Shown: piece by piece, positions 49,613 to 62,512 of the stretch
Numbering within the stretch: position 1 is the first letter of the stretch
Layout of the letters: each line of letters starts with the position of its first letter
Assembly: GCF_001194135.2 (NCBI RefSeq)
Contig: NC_068982.1
Span: 168,762,281 to 168,826,280, forward strand
Direction of reading: 5' to 3'
From: Octopus bimaculoides
Taxonomy: Eukaryota
Length of the DNA: 64,000 bases
Program-made: the position numbers and the translations under genes
The notes under the pieces: model-generated
Database searches by the model: none
Told to the model about the DNA's origin: nothing
What the model saw: the letters and a program-made list of their open reading frames with translations, nothing else

Positions 49613-51654
49613 TATTGTGACTAATGTCAGTATTTTTTGGCAAAACCCATTTTTTAAAAATACATATGTACTCGAAGAAATGCAATAAGTTAACGTTTTC
49701 AGAAGATCATCCTATTGAACAGGCTCGGTTTTGTCTATTAGTTGGTCCTACAAATGTATTATACAAAAATGTTTCCTCTGTGAGCTGAGACTACTCTGTC
49801 AAAATTTACCGATTATCTTCGTAATATATACTAACAGATTTTATCTGCCTTCCCAATATTAATAGTTCTTTTGTGTGCGTCTCTCATCTTCAGTGTCTAG
49901 TCAGCAACTTTACTATGTGTCTCTCAAACCAATTAACATGAACGTACAGTAGCTTTTCATCAGCCCCTCAAACTATCTATCAAATCAATATCAAAACAAT
50001 TGTATTATGACCTGTACATACTGTATTTCTGCTCAAATTTTCAAATTTTCAAATGTGCTGTTATTATTTATTAACAGAGTATACAACTAACATTTGCAGA
50101 CCGTGTATACATATACATACGTTACATACTTACATACATGCATACATACATACATAAATAAATACATACATACATACATACATACATACACACACTAATA
50201 CTTACATACATACATACATACATACGAGCATAGACACACACGCATCCACATACGTGCATGCACGCGCACACACACACACACACATACATATATACCCAAA
50301 TTTTCCATCATATTCACTGACTACCTTAGTAATTATGAAATTAAAATGAGAAACATGGTAAATATCGATACATAAAAATTGAAACGGGCATTTAACATTC
50401 ACGAAACATTGATTTATACATTTTATACTGTAACTATCATGATATAAATTCAATGTATTCAGCATAAACCTTAGTGCAAAGAATATGCCCCAGGCTATTT
50501 AACACATTTGTTGCTGCCTTTAGTGTCTGTGTGATAAGCCTGAATAGCAGTATACTCCAGGGTTTGAAAGATATTATTTCTTTAATATATCTATTTAAAA
50601 GGATTTTGTGAAAGGTTTCTCATTGAAGAAGAACATTTAAGAAGTAAAATGCTAAGAAAAGAGTGACAAAGATCTCTACTCAGCAGAGTTGTCTGCTCCG
50701 CCGCCAATCTCTCTGCTTCTTTCGTCATTTTCACAGTGCCGCATTTCTATTGTTTGATCGATCTTGAAATTCAGTAGCTAATCTTGTCCATCAGACTATC
50801 ATTAACAATCGAATATAGTCACTAGTGACTAGGAGAGGGAGATCTGAATCAGCAAAACTTGATGAGTGAGAGAAATAACAACTTTGTATGCCGTGAGACA
50901 GTTTTTCATTGGAGAATGATGAGATATGATAGAATAGTCGATAAAAGGATAAGATAGTTTGGGGCAACAGGAATGAGTTGTAAGAGATAAAGAAGGAAAG
51001 AGAGGGAAAGAGGAAAATGTCTAGTGTAAGGGAGGTCAATAATGAGTTAGAAAAAAAATGGAAATAAGAAAAGAAAGAAAATAATAAAAATCTGCTTATA
51101 AAGAAATATTTCATATACGTATTTTCGCATAAACAGCTTTAGAGTAACTCATTTTATCTATATATTATCTGAAAGGAATCCATATAAGTTATCTGAAATA
51201 AAATCATTGTGGGGACCAGAAATCATAAGCTATAATCATTTATAATCTAAAAATGAACATCACTGTTATTATCCTGTTTGGCAAAGGTTCTTTCTGTCAT
51301 CACCTAAAAAAAATTTTTTGACAGGACTACAATTTTTTCGTAATGATATATAGTACGTGAGTCCTAAACAAAAATAAATCAAATTTTGTTCAATGCATTT
51401 CACAAATTGTGTGGTATTAAACACAGCTTCTTTTGTTGTCGTTACAAATTATATGTGAGATATAATTCATTTAGAAATGACTTGAAGACAGTTTTCGTGT
51501 TAGTGTATTTCGAAAATCTTAAGTTGGATAGCTTCCATACTTCTCTCTAAACTATACCTAAAGAAAGGTAATGGACTAGGGCTGCAAGCTAAAGAAACTC
51601 ATTCCATTTGCTTAAACTTGTAGCTCCTTATAGCTGTTGGCTGCATCTGCTCAT

Positions 51655-51830
51655 AACTGAACCAACAAGGGTCTTTACATAGTCATTCAATCTGCTAGAA
51701 ATAACAGCCAAATCACTCTCAAACCACACACCCTCGTCTTAAAAGGGACAAACTGGATAATGTGATCCTGTATTCTTAACACATAGAAAATCTATTGGAT
51801 GGTCACAGCTGAAATGTCTTTAATCGGCCA
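51655..51830 (+). repeat. Dispersed repeat family (ctgctagaaataacagccaaatc...), unclassified
   Basis: Related segments at ~2420-2490, 4490-4630, 33552-33622 (rev), 34027-34097 (rev) and ~62930-63030 (rev). Confidence 0.5.
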
Positions 51831-52315
51831 ACAACACCTGGTCCTTATATGCCTTCAGTGGGATCCACTCTGCTGGAAGCAACGTTACGAGAACCACCCT
51901 TCCTCTTTTAAGTAAGCCATGAAATATATATATATATATATANNNNNNNNNNNNNNNNNNNNNNNNNNNNNNNNNNNNNNNNNNNNNNNNNNNNNNNNNN
52001 NNNNNNNNNNNNNNNNNNNNNNNNNNNNNNNNNNNNNNNNNNNNNNNNNNNNNNNNNNNNNNNNNNNNNNNNNNNNNNNNNNNNNNNNNNNNNNNNNNNN
52101 NNNNNNNNNNNNNNNNNNNNNNNNNNNNNNNNNNNNNNNNNNNNNNNNNNNNNNNNNNNNNNNNNNNNNNNNNNNNNNNNNNNNNNNNNNNNNNNNNNNN
52201 NNNNNNNNNNNNNNNNNNNNNNNNNNNNNNNNNNNNNNNNNNNNNNNNNNNNNNNNNNNNNNNNNNNNNNNNNNNNNNNNNNNNNNNNNNNNNNNNNNNN
52301 NNNNNNNNNNNNNNN

Positions 52316-52482
52316 GCCGAACAAAGTGTTTAACGGTATTTCGTCCGTCGCTACGTTCTGAGTTCAAATTCTGCCGAAGTAGACTTCACCTTTCATACTT
52401 TCGGGGTCAATAAAATAAGTACCAGTTGAACACTGGAGTCGATGTAATCAACTCATCTCCACTTCCCACAAGCTGCTCTTGA

Positions 52483-52561
<79 letters not shown>

Positions 52562-53215
52562 GCTTAGCGGTATTTCGTGTCTTTACATTCTGAGTTCAAA
52601 TTCACCGAGGTCGACTTTGCGTTACATCCTCTTGTGGTCGTTTAAATAAGTACCAGTTACGCACTGGGGTCAATGTAATCGACTTAATTCCTTTGTTTGT
52701 CCCCTCTATGTCTAGCCCCCTGTAGGCAATAAAGAAATAAGAATAATAATAATATTATTATTATTATTTAAGGCGACGAGCCAGCAGAAACGTTAGCGCG
52801 CTGGACGAAGTGCTTAGCGCTATTTCGCCCGTCGCTAGTTTCTGAGTTCAAATTCCGCCGAGGTCGACTTCGCCTTTCATCTTTTAGGGGTCGATAAATT
52901 AATTACCAGTTGCGCACTGGGGACGATCAAATCGACTGGTCCCCTTCCACCAAATTTAAGGCCTTGCGCCTATAATAGAAAAGATGATGGTTATTATTAT
53001 TAAGGCAGCGAGCTGGCAGAATCATTAGTACGCTGGGTGAAATGCTTAGCGGTTTTTCGCCTGTCCTTACGTCCTGAGTTCAAATTCCACCGAGGTCGAC
53101 TTTGCCTTCCATCCTTTCAGGGTCAATAAATTAAGTACCAGTTGCGTACTGGGGTCGACCTAATTGACTCTCCCACCCACCAAATTTCAGACCTTGTGCG
53201 TTTAGTAGAAAGGGT
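52316..53215 (+). mobile_element. Cluster of four co-oriented major-family SINEs separated by (AAT)/(ATT) runs
   Basis: Copies at ~52316-52486, 52559-52740, 52770-52985 and 53002-53215, each with gagttcaaatt...gac.tt..c.tt.cat...taa.taccagtt. Confidence 0.9.
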
Positions 53216-53467
53216 TATTATTATTATTATTAGTAGTAGTAGTAGTAGTAGTAGTAACTTATTTATTTTCGCTTTGAACAATATATTTCGGCATCTCGTG
53301 TGCTTTCAACAGGTTCAAAATAAATGTCAGTCTAATTCATTTTTTAGTTCATATAAAGGACTGAAGTAACTCAGCAGAAATATAATAGATAGATATAGAT
53401 ATATCGAAAATAAATAAGTTACTTTCGAGTTGCGCTTTTTTGTCATTAAGTTGNNNNNNNNNNTATA

Positions 53468-53665
53468 TATACTGAGAATTTACGAAAAACACAAAAGACG
53501 AAGACGGGTGTATAAACAACAAACAGATGTATTAGTTTAACGCTTGGGAAGAAAGTCGTTTACGTTTCAAGCCTACGCTCTTCAACAGAAGGAAACACAG
53601 AAATAAACAAATAGAGAAAATAAAAAAGGTTTAGTGGCTAGCGATCTATCATGGCGCGGATTGAG
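53468..53665 (-). mobile_element. Family B repeat, copy 3
   Basis: Reverse complement of the 34.25-34.44 kb copy, including gccatgatagatcgct. Abuts (TA)n and a gap. Confidence 0.7.
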
Positions 53666-54433
53666 AGAAAACAGAGTAGAAAGAAACGACAATAGGAAAA
53701 AGCAGAGAGTACAAAAAGGTTTAGAAAAGTTCAAAAGGTTCAAACGTCTTGGTGATTTGGAGTGATTTATCATCAATGGAAGAGTCCAGTGTAATCTATG
53801 GTAGGTGGGAGAGGTGCAGCCGAAGTGTAGGAGTCCGAGTGTGGGAGAGTAGAAGAGCCATCCAGGTAGAATAGACTAGGAAAGGTTCGAAGTGAGATGA
53901 GGTACAGACAGGATTAACTGGCGCGACCACGTGAGCGTGTAAAACCGTTAAGTTGATTAAAGATATCAAATTAAATGTTGATATCTTTTACATTTGTTTA
54001 TTTCGTTTCAACATATATTATAAGAATTAAAAAATTATTAAATTTATATGATAATCGGTAACCTAATCCAAATATTCGAAAATTTTATACTTGAATCTTC
54101 TTGCTATTTTCAAACTTATTTTCAATATCTCGATTATGTTTACGAAATTTATAACATTAGAAAGGAAAAACAAAATCCTGAGATATGAATAAACATTAAT
54201 TAAATAAAAATTGATTGTATGAACCGAAGTCCTACATGATTAAATGTAACTTACAACTTTCAGATAAATACATAAAAATCTATCTCATAAATACATGTGT
54301 ATATGAGCGAGAATACTACGTGCCTTAATACAATCAACCCCGAATATGTATAAATGCATATGTGTGTATGTATGTCTGTGCATACATGTATATACATACA
54401 TGTGTGTACGTACGTATGTATGTATGTATGTAT

Positions 54434-54758
54434 GTGAAGGCGCTTGGCTTAGTGGTTGGAATTTTCGGCTAACGATCGTACGGTCATGAGTTCAATTCCC
54501 GGAGACGCGTTGTGTCTTTGAGCAAGACACTTTATTTTACGTTGCTCCAGTCCACTCAGCTGGCAAACATGAGTAGCACCTGTATTTCAAAGGTTCAACC
54601 TTATTACATTCTGTGTCACGTTGAATCTCGCTGAGAACTGAGTCAAGGGTACACGTGTCCGCGAAGTGCTTAACCGCTTGCACGTTAATTTCACGAGCAG
54701 GTTGTTCCGTGGATTGAATCATCTGGGACCCTCATCGTCATAACCGACGGAGTGCTCC
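54434..54758 (+). mobile_element. tRNA-derived SINE sharing its 3' half with the 1150-1534 copy
   Basis: A-box TGGCTTAGTGG and B-box GAGTTCAATTCCC; inserted in (TATG)n. Confidence 0.8.
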
Positions 54759-55100
54759 TATATATGTACCTACATATGTATGTATGTATGTATGTATGCA
54801 TGCATGTATGTATGTATGTATGTATGTATGTATGTATGTATTCGTGTATGTATGTATGCATGCATGTATGTATGTACGTATAGTCGTTACTAGTGATTGA
54901 ATTTGTTTCGTAACATGTATTATGTTTTCGCTAATTATTTTAGGTGCATATGTAGTCGCGAGCAGACATAGACATCCACCTCACTCTCTTACTCTCTCAC
55001 CCAATGGTACGCTAAGAAGGGACAGTTGAAGAGAGAGACAGCTGCACCAGTACTAATATTAACAATAATGTTGATTAATAATAATGATGATGATAATAAT

Positions 55101-55294
55101 AATCCTTTCGACTAAAGGCACAAGACCAGAAATTTCGGGGGAGGTGACTAGTCGATTACATCGTCCCCAGTGTTTCACTGGTACTTATTATATCGACCCC
55201 GAAAGGATGAAAGGCAAAGTTGCTCTTGGCGGAATTTGAACTCAGAACGTAAAGACTGACGAAATGTTGCAAAGCGTTTCTCCCAACGTGCTAA
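55101..55294 (-). mobile_element. Major SINE, 5'-truncated, tail type C
   Basis: Plus strand shows atcgaccccgaaaggatgaaaggcaaag...ggaatttgaactcagaacg. Confidence 0.85.
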
Positions 55295-55312
55295 ATGATG
55301 ATGATGATGATG

Positions 55313-55385
<73 letters not shown>

Positions 55386-55403
55386 TAATAATAACTGACA
55401 TCT

Positions 55404-55860
55404 TACGGAGAAAGCTTGGGCACCCTGGGTATCAGAACAGGGATTTTCCAGTGTGATAGCCTATCTCCATTGCTTTTCGTTCTCTGTATGACACCCCTGA
55501 CCTTGGTACTTAAGAAAATGAACCTGGGGTAACAACTAAATGAAAAATCCCAAACAATCAACCACCTCTTCTTCATGGATGATTTGAAACGGTATGGCAA
55601 AAATGAGACACAAGTGAGTTTTTGGTGGACACGATCCACTGTTTTAGTACTGATATTAGAATGGAATTCGGACTCAAGAAGTGCGGAATAATCTACCTAA
55701 AAAGAGACAAGGTACAGTGCCCAGCAGGGATAGAATTACCGAATAGAGACTTGATTAAGCAAATTGAAACGGAAGGATACAAATACCTTGGTGTACTAGT
55801 GTTCAACGCGATAATGGAGAAGGAAATGAAAGAGTAACTGAGGATGGAGTATTTCCGAAG
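55404..55860 (+). pseudogene. R4/Dong-type reverse transcriptase fragment
   Basis: IRTGIFQCDSLSPLLFVLCMTPL..TINHLFFMDDLKRYGK..TDIRMEFGLKKCG..GYKYLGV, with one stop and one frameshift. Preceded by a long (AAT)n. Confidence 0.9.
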
Positions 55861-56580
55861 AACAACAGCACCAACAACAACGATAATAGTAATAACATCA
55901 TGTACCCGTAAACACACAAACTCGTGCGCACGCATTCTGTAGGAATATTACAGCTGCCATACCATATATTATGTAACCAGACTGAAACTCTTTCAAGTTC
56001 TGCGCATACGCTAAACACAGATGGAAGTCAAGACAGGCAAGAAATAATTTTAATTATTTATCTACATATATGTGGGGAAGTTTTATTTTCAAAGAACATC
56101 CAATGTACAACTAGATAAAATGTAAATATGAAAACTCAGTCGATTATTCCTAGATTTCTTTTCTTATGTTTTCTTCTTTCATAGTTAAACTCCTTGTATC
56201 TACGCGTTTTACTTTGGTTAAAATGTAGGTGTATATTCGCCGTTGGAGGATATGTTCTTTTTATCTCTTTGCTACCGTCGTGTACACATTACTTTCCCCT
56301 TCTACCCACCCCCAATATGCACATGCTACTCAAACAAATAAGATATCCTTCTGCTGATCAACTATTCATGACAGGTCAAAGTATGTCAACTTATTGTTTC
56401 TACAGCAAACAATAACAATATGTTTAAAAATAAGCTGAAGTATTTTGAAGAAAAAACATCTACATGGATATCACGAAAGTTTCAATAATTTTATGTCATG
56501 TTGCTGCGTTATTCCTTATATCATTTATTCGTGACATGTCGGCCATCAAAATAGCATGTCATCTTGAAGAGTTCGTTTTA

Positions 56581-56583
56581 ATA

Positions 56584-56650
<67 letters not shown>

Positions 56651-56787
56651 CGATGACGATGATGATGACGGCGATGACGGCGACGACGACAGCAACAACA
56701 ACAACAACAACAACAACACCACCAACAACAACAACAACAGCAACAACAACAGCAACAACAACAACAACAACAATAATAATAATGATG

Positions 56788-56838
<51 letters not shown>
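56581..56838. repeat. Compound (GAT)n-(GAC)-(CAA)n-(AAT)n microsatellite
   Basis: Direct reading. Confidence 0.95.
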
Positions 56839-58325
56839 GATTGTTGTTTCTTACAGTTACTGCCGATGTTTTTACTTTCGTTTTATTTTGTTCTTATTGT
56901 TTTGTTGTTGCTTTGTAGGTCTTTTGTTTTTTAATCATGAGTTATTTGTATGGCGAAAAATGGAGAAATAAATAATTTCAGTTGAAATAATATTCAATCA
57001 GTAGATCAATTGATGGGAAAACATTTTAAATGATTTAGCTAAAACATGCAATATTTCACGTAGTCATTTGTCTAAAGAATTGATTTATATCTTGAGAATA
57101 ATTTAGAAGATTTATGCACGATTAGAAATCAATAGTGAAATATCATATGATATGTAAGTTTTCAAAGAAAATTAGTAACTTCAAAAATAAATTAAATGAT
57201 TATTAATAAAACAGTTGCTGCCAAGAATTGAAAAGTGGTCGCAGTTTCAGCTACATTATGATCAGCTAGATTTTTCAACAAAATAATTTTAGGTGAATTC
57301 CTCATATATTTTAATACGTTACACATATATTGTTTTGGAATTATGAAACGTCTGAAAAGTAATATACAGTGATGAGACCATTGTGTAATTTCAATTCTGT
57401 AGTTAATTCTAAAATTATTTCTCACATTCGATAAGGATTTTATCTATGCTGTTGACTATAAAACTTATCGTAGATACTTGAACACTGAATAGAAATCGCT
57501 CTCAAGTTATTAACTGCTTTACTTTTTTTTCCATAGTAATCCTTGAACAGTATCTAAAAATGCTATCATTCTTCACTACTCTGCATCAAATATTTTTAAA
57601 TAATGATACAATTTGAAAGCCATACTTGTATTATCATTTTAAAAGTTCCAAGTAGTTCCACACTCTACTCCACAGTCTGAATGTCACTCATCTGTATAAC
57701 TAACCTTGTCGTTAAAACATATCGATTATGTCTTGTTATAGTACAATTTGTTTTGTTTTTGTGATCTTTTTTTTAGCTTTTTCTGTTGATTTTTTTTTTA
57801 GCATTTTTTGAATTTTTTTTATTGTTCTGTCCATTGAGATAGCTAAATATCATATTGCTTTCTTTTCTATTTGAACTGAACTGCTGCCAATTTACACTTT
57901 TGCTAGCGAGTAGGAGTTAACTTTGTTCCATAGAATAAATCGATTTTGAAGATACATCTTAAGAAACTCAGTGTAGTTTTTGTCTAGTTCTGTACGAATT
58001 TTTCGATAACTTAAAGATAGTCAGAACTCATTTCTTCTAGCTTTCATGCAAAACTAAACGTTCATAACTATAATACAATCTCAAATGTTTACATGTTAGG
58101 CTGTGGTATTCCATTGAAATGATTTCAATAACGTGCCATGTTGAGCCCATTTTATCTATGAAACTTTGAAGAGAGATTCTCATTTCAAATCGAACTATAA
58201 GTAAATACCAAGAATCGTTAGCTTTTGCGATGTCGATAGCTGTTTCATTGAATATATGTTATTATATTGATTAGTAAAAGTCTCTGGGTTATGGAAATGA
58301 ATCAATCATGTTTAGGAGGGATCAA

Positions 58326-58353
58326 TTTCGATTGCCCATTAAACTGGTTGTTG

Positions 58354-58384
<31 letters not shown>

Positions 58385-58462
58385 TGTTGTTGTTGTTTTT
58401 GCTGCTGCTGTTGTTGTTGTTGTTGTTGTTGTTGCTGCTGCTGTTGTTGTTGTTGTTGTTGT
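58326..58462. repeat. (GTT)n/(GCT)n microsatellite
   Basis: Direct reading. Confidence 0.95.
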
Positions 58463-58463
58463 T

Positions 58464-58680
58464 TAAGGCAATGAGTTGGTAGAATCGCTAGCACGCGGGG
58501 CAAAATGCTTAGCGATATTTCGTCCGTCTTAACGCTCTGAGTTCAAATACTACCTAGGTCACATTTGCCTTTCATCCTTTTACGGGTGATAAAATAAGTA
58601 CCAGCTGAACACTGGGGTCGATGTGATCAACTTATCCCCTCCCCAAAGTTGCGGGCCTTGTGCCAAAATTTGAAACCATT
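58464..58680 (+). mobile_element. Major SINE, tail type A
   Basis: taaggcaatgagttggtagaatcg...gagttcaaat...ccttgtgccaaaatttgaaacca. Confidence 0.85.
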
Positions 58681-58759
58681 GTTAATATTATTGCCATTGT
58701 TCACACTACAGCTATCCCCATTTTCGTAAAAATTCCCCAACCTCCTCTCTTTCACATCC

Positions 58760-58782
58760 TCTCTCTCTCTCTCTTTCACATC

Positions 58783-58870
<88 letters not shown>
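58760..58870. repeat. (CT)n microsatellite
   Basis: Direct reading. Confidence 0.95.
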
Positions 58871-58875
<5 letters not shown>

Positions 58876-58929
58876 CCGCACTGTAATATTTTTCATTATC
58901 AAATAGAATAACCTTTCTGATTTCACCGA

Positions 58930-59690
58930 AAATATCTCCTAGCGTATGCACATCATTAACATAGCAAGAGATACATGTAAAGGACTGAGTTTTCTTTTCA
59001 GGCGATGAAGTATTTAAGTCTTCAGTAACTATTATCTTTCTACAAAGCTCGGGTGAGCTCAGCAATATAGTACTGCTGCTAAAAACATTGGCATTCTAGA
59101 CTACAACCAAAGAAGGCTATTCGATTGATTGGCATGAGACCACTCACATTCACACCAACCCTTAACACGCAAGCATCCTGTTTCCTCTCTTCTGTATTTT
59201 CTATTGCGCAGCTATAATAGCTCAACTCCTCAGGACTTGCTAGTTTCCTGGTACATCTACTCAAGCAATCTCGACTCGCTAATCTTTCTTTTTTCTCATT
59301 ACCCATTCTGTGTCTAATCCTCCAAGGCTTTTACTAAACACTACGAAGGTGTGCTGAAAAGTTCCTGGTTTCGGTAAAAGAAAATACAAGAGGGTAAGTT
59401 AATTATGATTTTATTCAACATATCCCCCTCTCAGATCCATACATTTATTGAAGTAGTTCTTCAGTTTTTCCAAGCTCTGTAAAAGAATTCAGAAGGCTGG
59501 GCCTCCAACCAGAATTTTCGCTACACACTTAAAGCCAGAAACTTTTCAGCACCTACTCGTACATCCAGTTGTTTCTTTCCTGAACGACCCTCTGGAAATT
59601 CCCTCTCTGCCTATGTTATTTTGTTTTCATTCTACATCCACCGACTCGCAACAGCTCAAGTGAAACATTAACGGCATCAACATCACATCA
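58930..59690 (+). mobile_element. Highly decayed CR1/Jockey-group LINE 3' region, interrupted by a MITE
   Basis: Fragments GLSFLFR..LLSFYKARVSSAI*YCC..KKAIRLIG parallel the post-RT consensus LGFL.R..LYKAQVRP.MEYC..QKRAIRLI. An LWNSL-like remnant lies after the MITE. Confidence 0.55.
59342..59561 (-). mobile_element. Mariner-derived MITE, copy 3, with TA target duplication
   Basis: ta|cgaaggtgtgctgaaaagttcctgg ... ccagaaacttttcagcacctactcg|ta. Confidence 0.85.
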
Positions 59691-60385
59691 CTGGCCTTTG
59701 GGCTGCAGAATTCCATGCACTGACCCATTTTTGTAGACGAAAGTAATAAGAGTTGAAGTGCGGTACAGTGTTAATTCTTTCATGAAACTAATATAAATTT
59801 ACTCGCTGAGAGCACCGGACAACGTGCATAAGGGTCGGAGATTCTTAACCAGATATTGATTTTGTGATGTGGTCATGAGCATGTTACGTTCAATAGGGAC
59901 GTATATCAAGTAGGTACCTTATATCATAGAGTGAACTGCTTTTACTGATATAAGCACTTGTATGAGAATGACAAGTATTTTTGTTGGATCATTATACCGC
60001 GTTCAAACCTCCACTTGTATTTGGACCAGCTTTGGAGTACTAAAAATGCATTTTTACTTTCAGTTCTATGATCACCACTTGAAGCAAAAATATTAGAATG
60101 AATATAATAATAAATATATATGTTCATATTTCAATATTCTGCACTGCAAAGTTAATTATAGACAGTAGCACGAATATTGATGAGTTGCTGTGTCATTGTC
60201 CCTTAACCTGAAAACAATTTAGACAGTAACTACTGCGCAGATTTACTGTGTAATATATCTAATATAGATGAAAGCTACTTGTAATCATGCATCAACGTAT
60301 GCAATAACATAGGTCTAATTCTCTGAAGGCATAACGACTACTCACTATTCAGACAAAACAGTCAAAATTAGGTATACTTCTGAAA

Positions 60386-60453
<68 letters not shown>

Positions 60454-60470
60454 CATCATCATCATCATCA
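60386..60470. repeat. (ATT)n(CAT)n microsatellite
   Basis: Direct reading. Confidence 0.95.
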
Positions 60471-61823
60471 ACATGGTGCATCAACTCTCTGAACGCTTCT
60501 ACGATCTTTCTTATTACCGAGAAACGATTGTCCTCTCTAAAATTTTGCGTTGATATTTTTGGCTGTGATCGACAGGTAAATTATACTGTATATTGTAATA
60601 AAACTTAAATAGCACAAATAATATAAACGAATACCTGATTGATTGTATGACAGGATATATTTTAGGTGGGGAATTTAATTGAAACTTACAATATAATTGT
60701 TTCATGGATGAATCACTGAAGCATATCAACATCGCAATGTTACCTTGCTTAGTATTTCCCTAGGTTCAAGTTGAAAACATCGATTCTCTAACAAATACCG
60801 TACAGCTTTACTTAGCTAAGAAGCAATTCTTGCCTGCATTGCTCTTGTTGACTTACAAAAATACCTGACAGCGAATTACTTTTATGTCGTTACTAAAACT
60901 AGGTACAGATCGTTTTACACTTTGGTAAGAAAGAAACTTCTTTCAAATTGTGAGACATGTATATGAAGAATTCCTGTAAGATACATAATTCTCAAATCGC
61001 ATCTGTCTTTGAAAAACAGCCGAGGCTGAAGTTATTTCACCTTAGATCATTTTACACTTGGATTTCCGGAATCTAATGTCAAGAATGAAAAGAAATTCTT
61101 GGGGTTTTCTCGTTCATCTTGAATCAACATTTCTGTGGAGGCGTTGGAAAATGTCCATATACTGCTTAAGGTAAAACGAAAACTGAAATAATCCCAAATA
61201 AACCATATTATGTTAGCAACTTATAGAAAAAAAAAGTGTAAAAGAAAGACAATAACAACGACAACTCTAACAGCAACACATTAAATTTTTCAAAAATCTT
61301 ATTTCTTAAGCGCAATTTTTCTTATGAAATACTTCAGGAAAGGAAGGTATGAATCAAACTATGAGTTTAATGGTATTAATATTCTTAAGTCGATATAATA
61401 GGTGAAAGCACTGGAAAGAAAAGAACTATCATGGTAACAGTCGTAAACGCAAAAGAAAGGATAAGAAAGCTATTGGTTACTGTATGTTTGATGTTTACAT
61501 TAAATGGTTGTGTAAAGTAGAAACTGATTAAATGCATAGACAGGCAGACATATAGGCCGACCGTCAAGCTCGCAGTGATTTGAAGAGAGATACCTTTATG
61601 AAAAACGCATTGAACTTATATAGGGTATGAAGTGGGGGGGAAAGCTCGCTGAGTTGATGATGGGAAGAAAGGATGTGTAGATATCAATAGATATATATGA
61701 AAATGGTATATGGTGACCAGTTTCATGGAAGTACAAACCATGTCGTTAAAAGGAGAAAAGACCGAAAATGGAGGAACTACAGACTGTAACTTGACAACAC
61801 ATGAATCACTGATTTCAGGATTG

Positions 61824-61828
<5 letters not shown>

Positions 61829-61921
<93 letters not shown>

Positions 61922-61960
61922 CTCTCTCTATCTCTCTCTCTCCCCGTCTCTCTCTACCTA
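61829..61960. repeat. (CT)n/(CTAT)n microsatellite
   Basis: Direct reading. Confidence 0.95.
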
Positions 61961-62462
61961 ACCAACTATCTAGATAGCTTTCTCTTGCCATTTGTCTCCC
62001 TATTTTGTCTGATTATCTGTCAAAGCTATTGAGAAATATGCGATACCGCTACTGTATAATGTTGTTCAATAAATACACGTAAATTGGAATCGTAGGTGTA
62101 ATCAACTACACTGTTTTTGCGCTCTATTCACAACATTATAGGAATAATTAATACTCTTTCAGCATAGCATCTATGGTGATCACTCATCGGTTGAAATGAT
62201 GCAGACCATTGAGTCATATACATATATATATATATTATTCAAGACTATATATCATTCTTGTAACTTATTTTCATTAATAACAAAGGATTGTATTTAAGCG
62301 AACAGACGAACACTTGCACGAGCACGTGTAAATTCTTTCACTGACATATTTTATATATACGCATAGACACAAAACAAATATAAAAATTAGTTTTCTATTC
62401 ATTAATGACAAAACAGCTTTATAGATGAATAAATAAAGAAACACTTAAAGATACAAAGATAA

Positions 62463-62512
<50 letters not shown>

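Noticed and set aside
52486-53215. Repeat-spacer appearance suggesting a CRISPR array
   Set aside because: The units are diverged ~200-bp SINEs separated by microsatellites in a eukaryotic context; no cas genes.
56464-56934. 156-aa ORF with a hydrophobic, signal-peptide-like start and poly-M/T/I runs
   Set aside because: The runs are a compound trinucleotide microsatellite, which is stop-free in one frame by construction; the N-terminus alone is not evidence.
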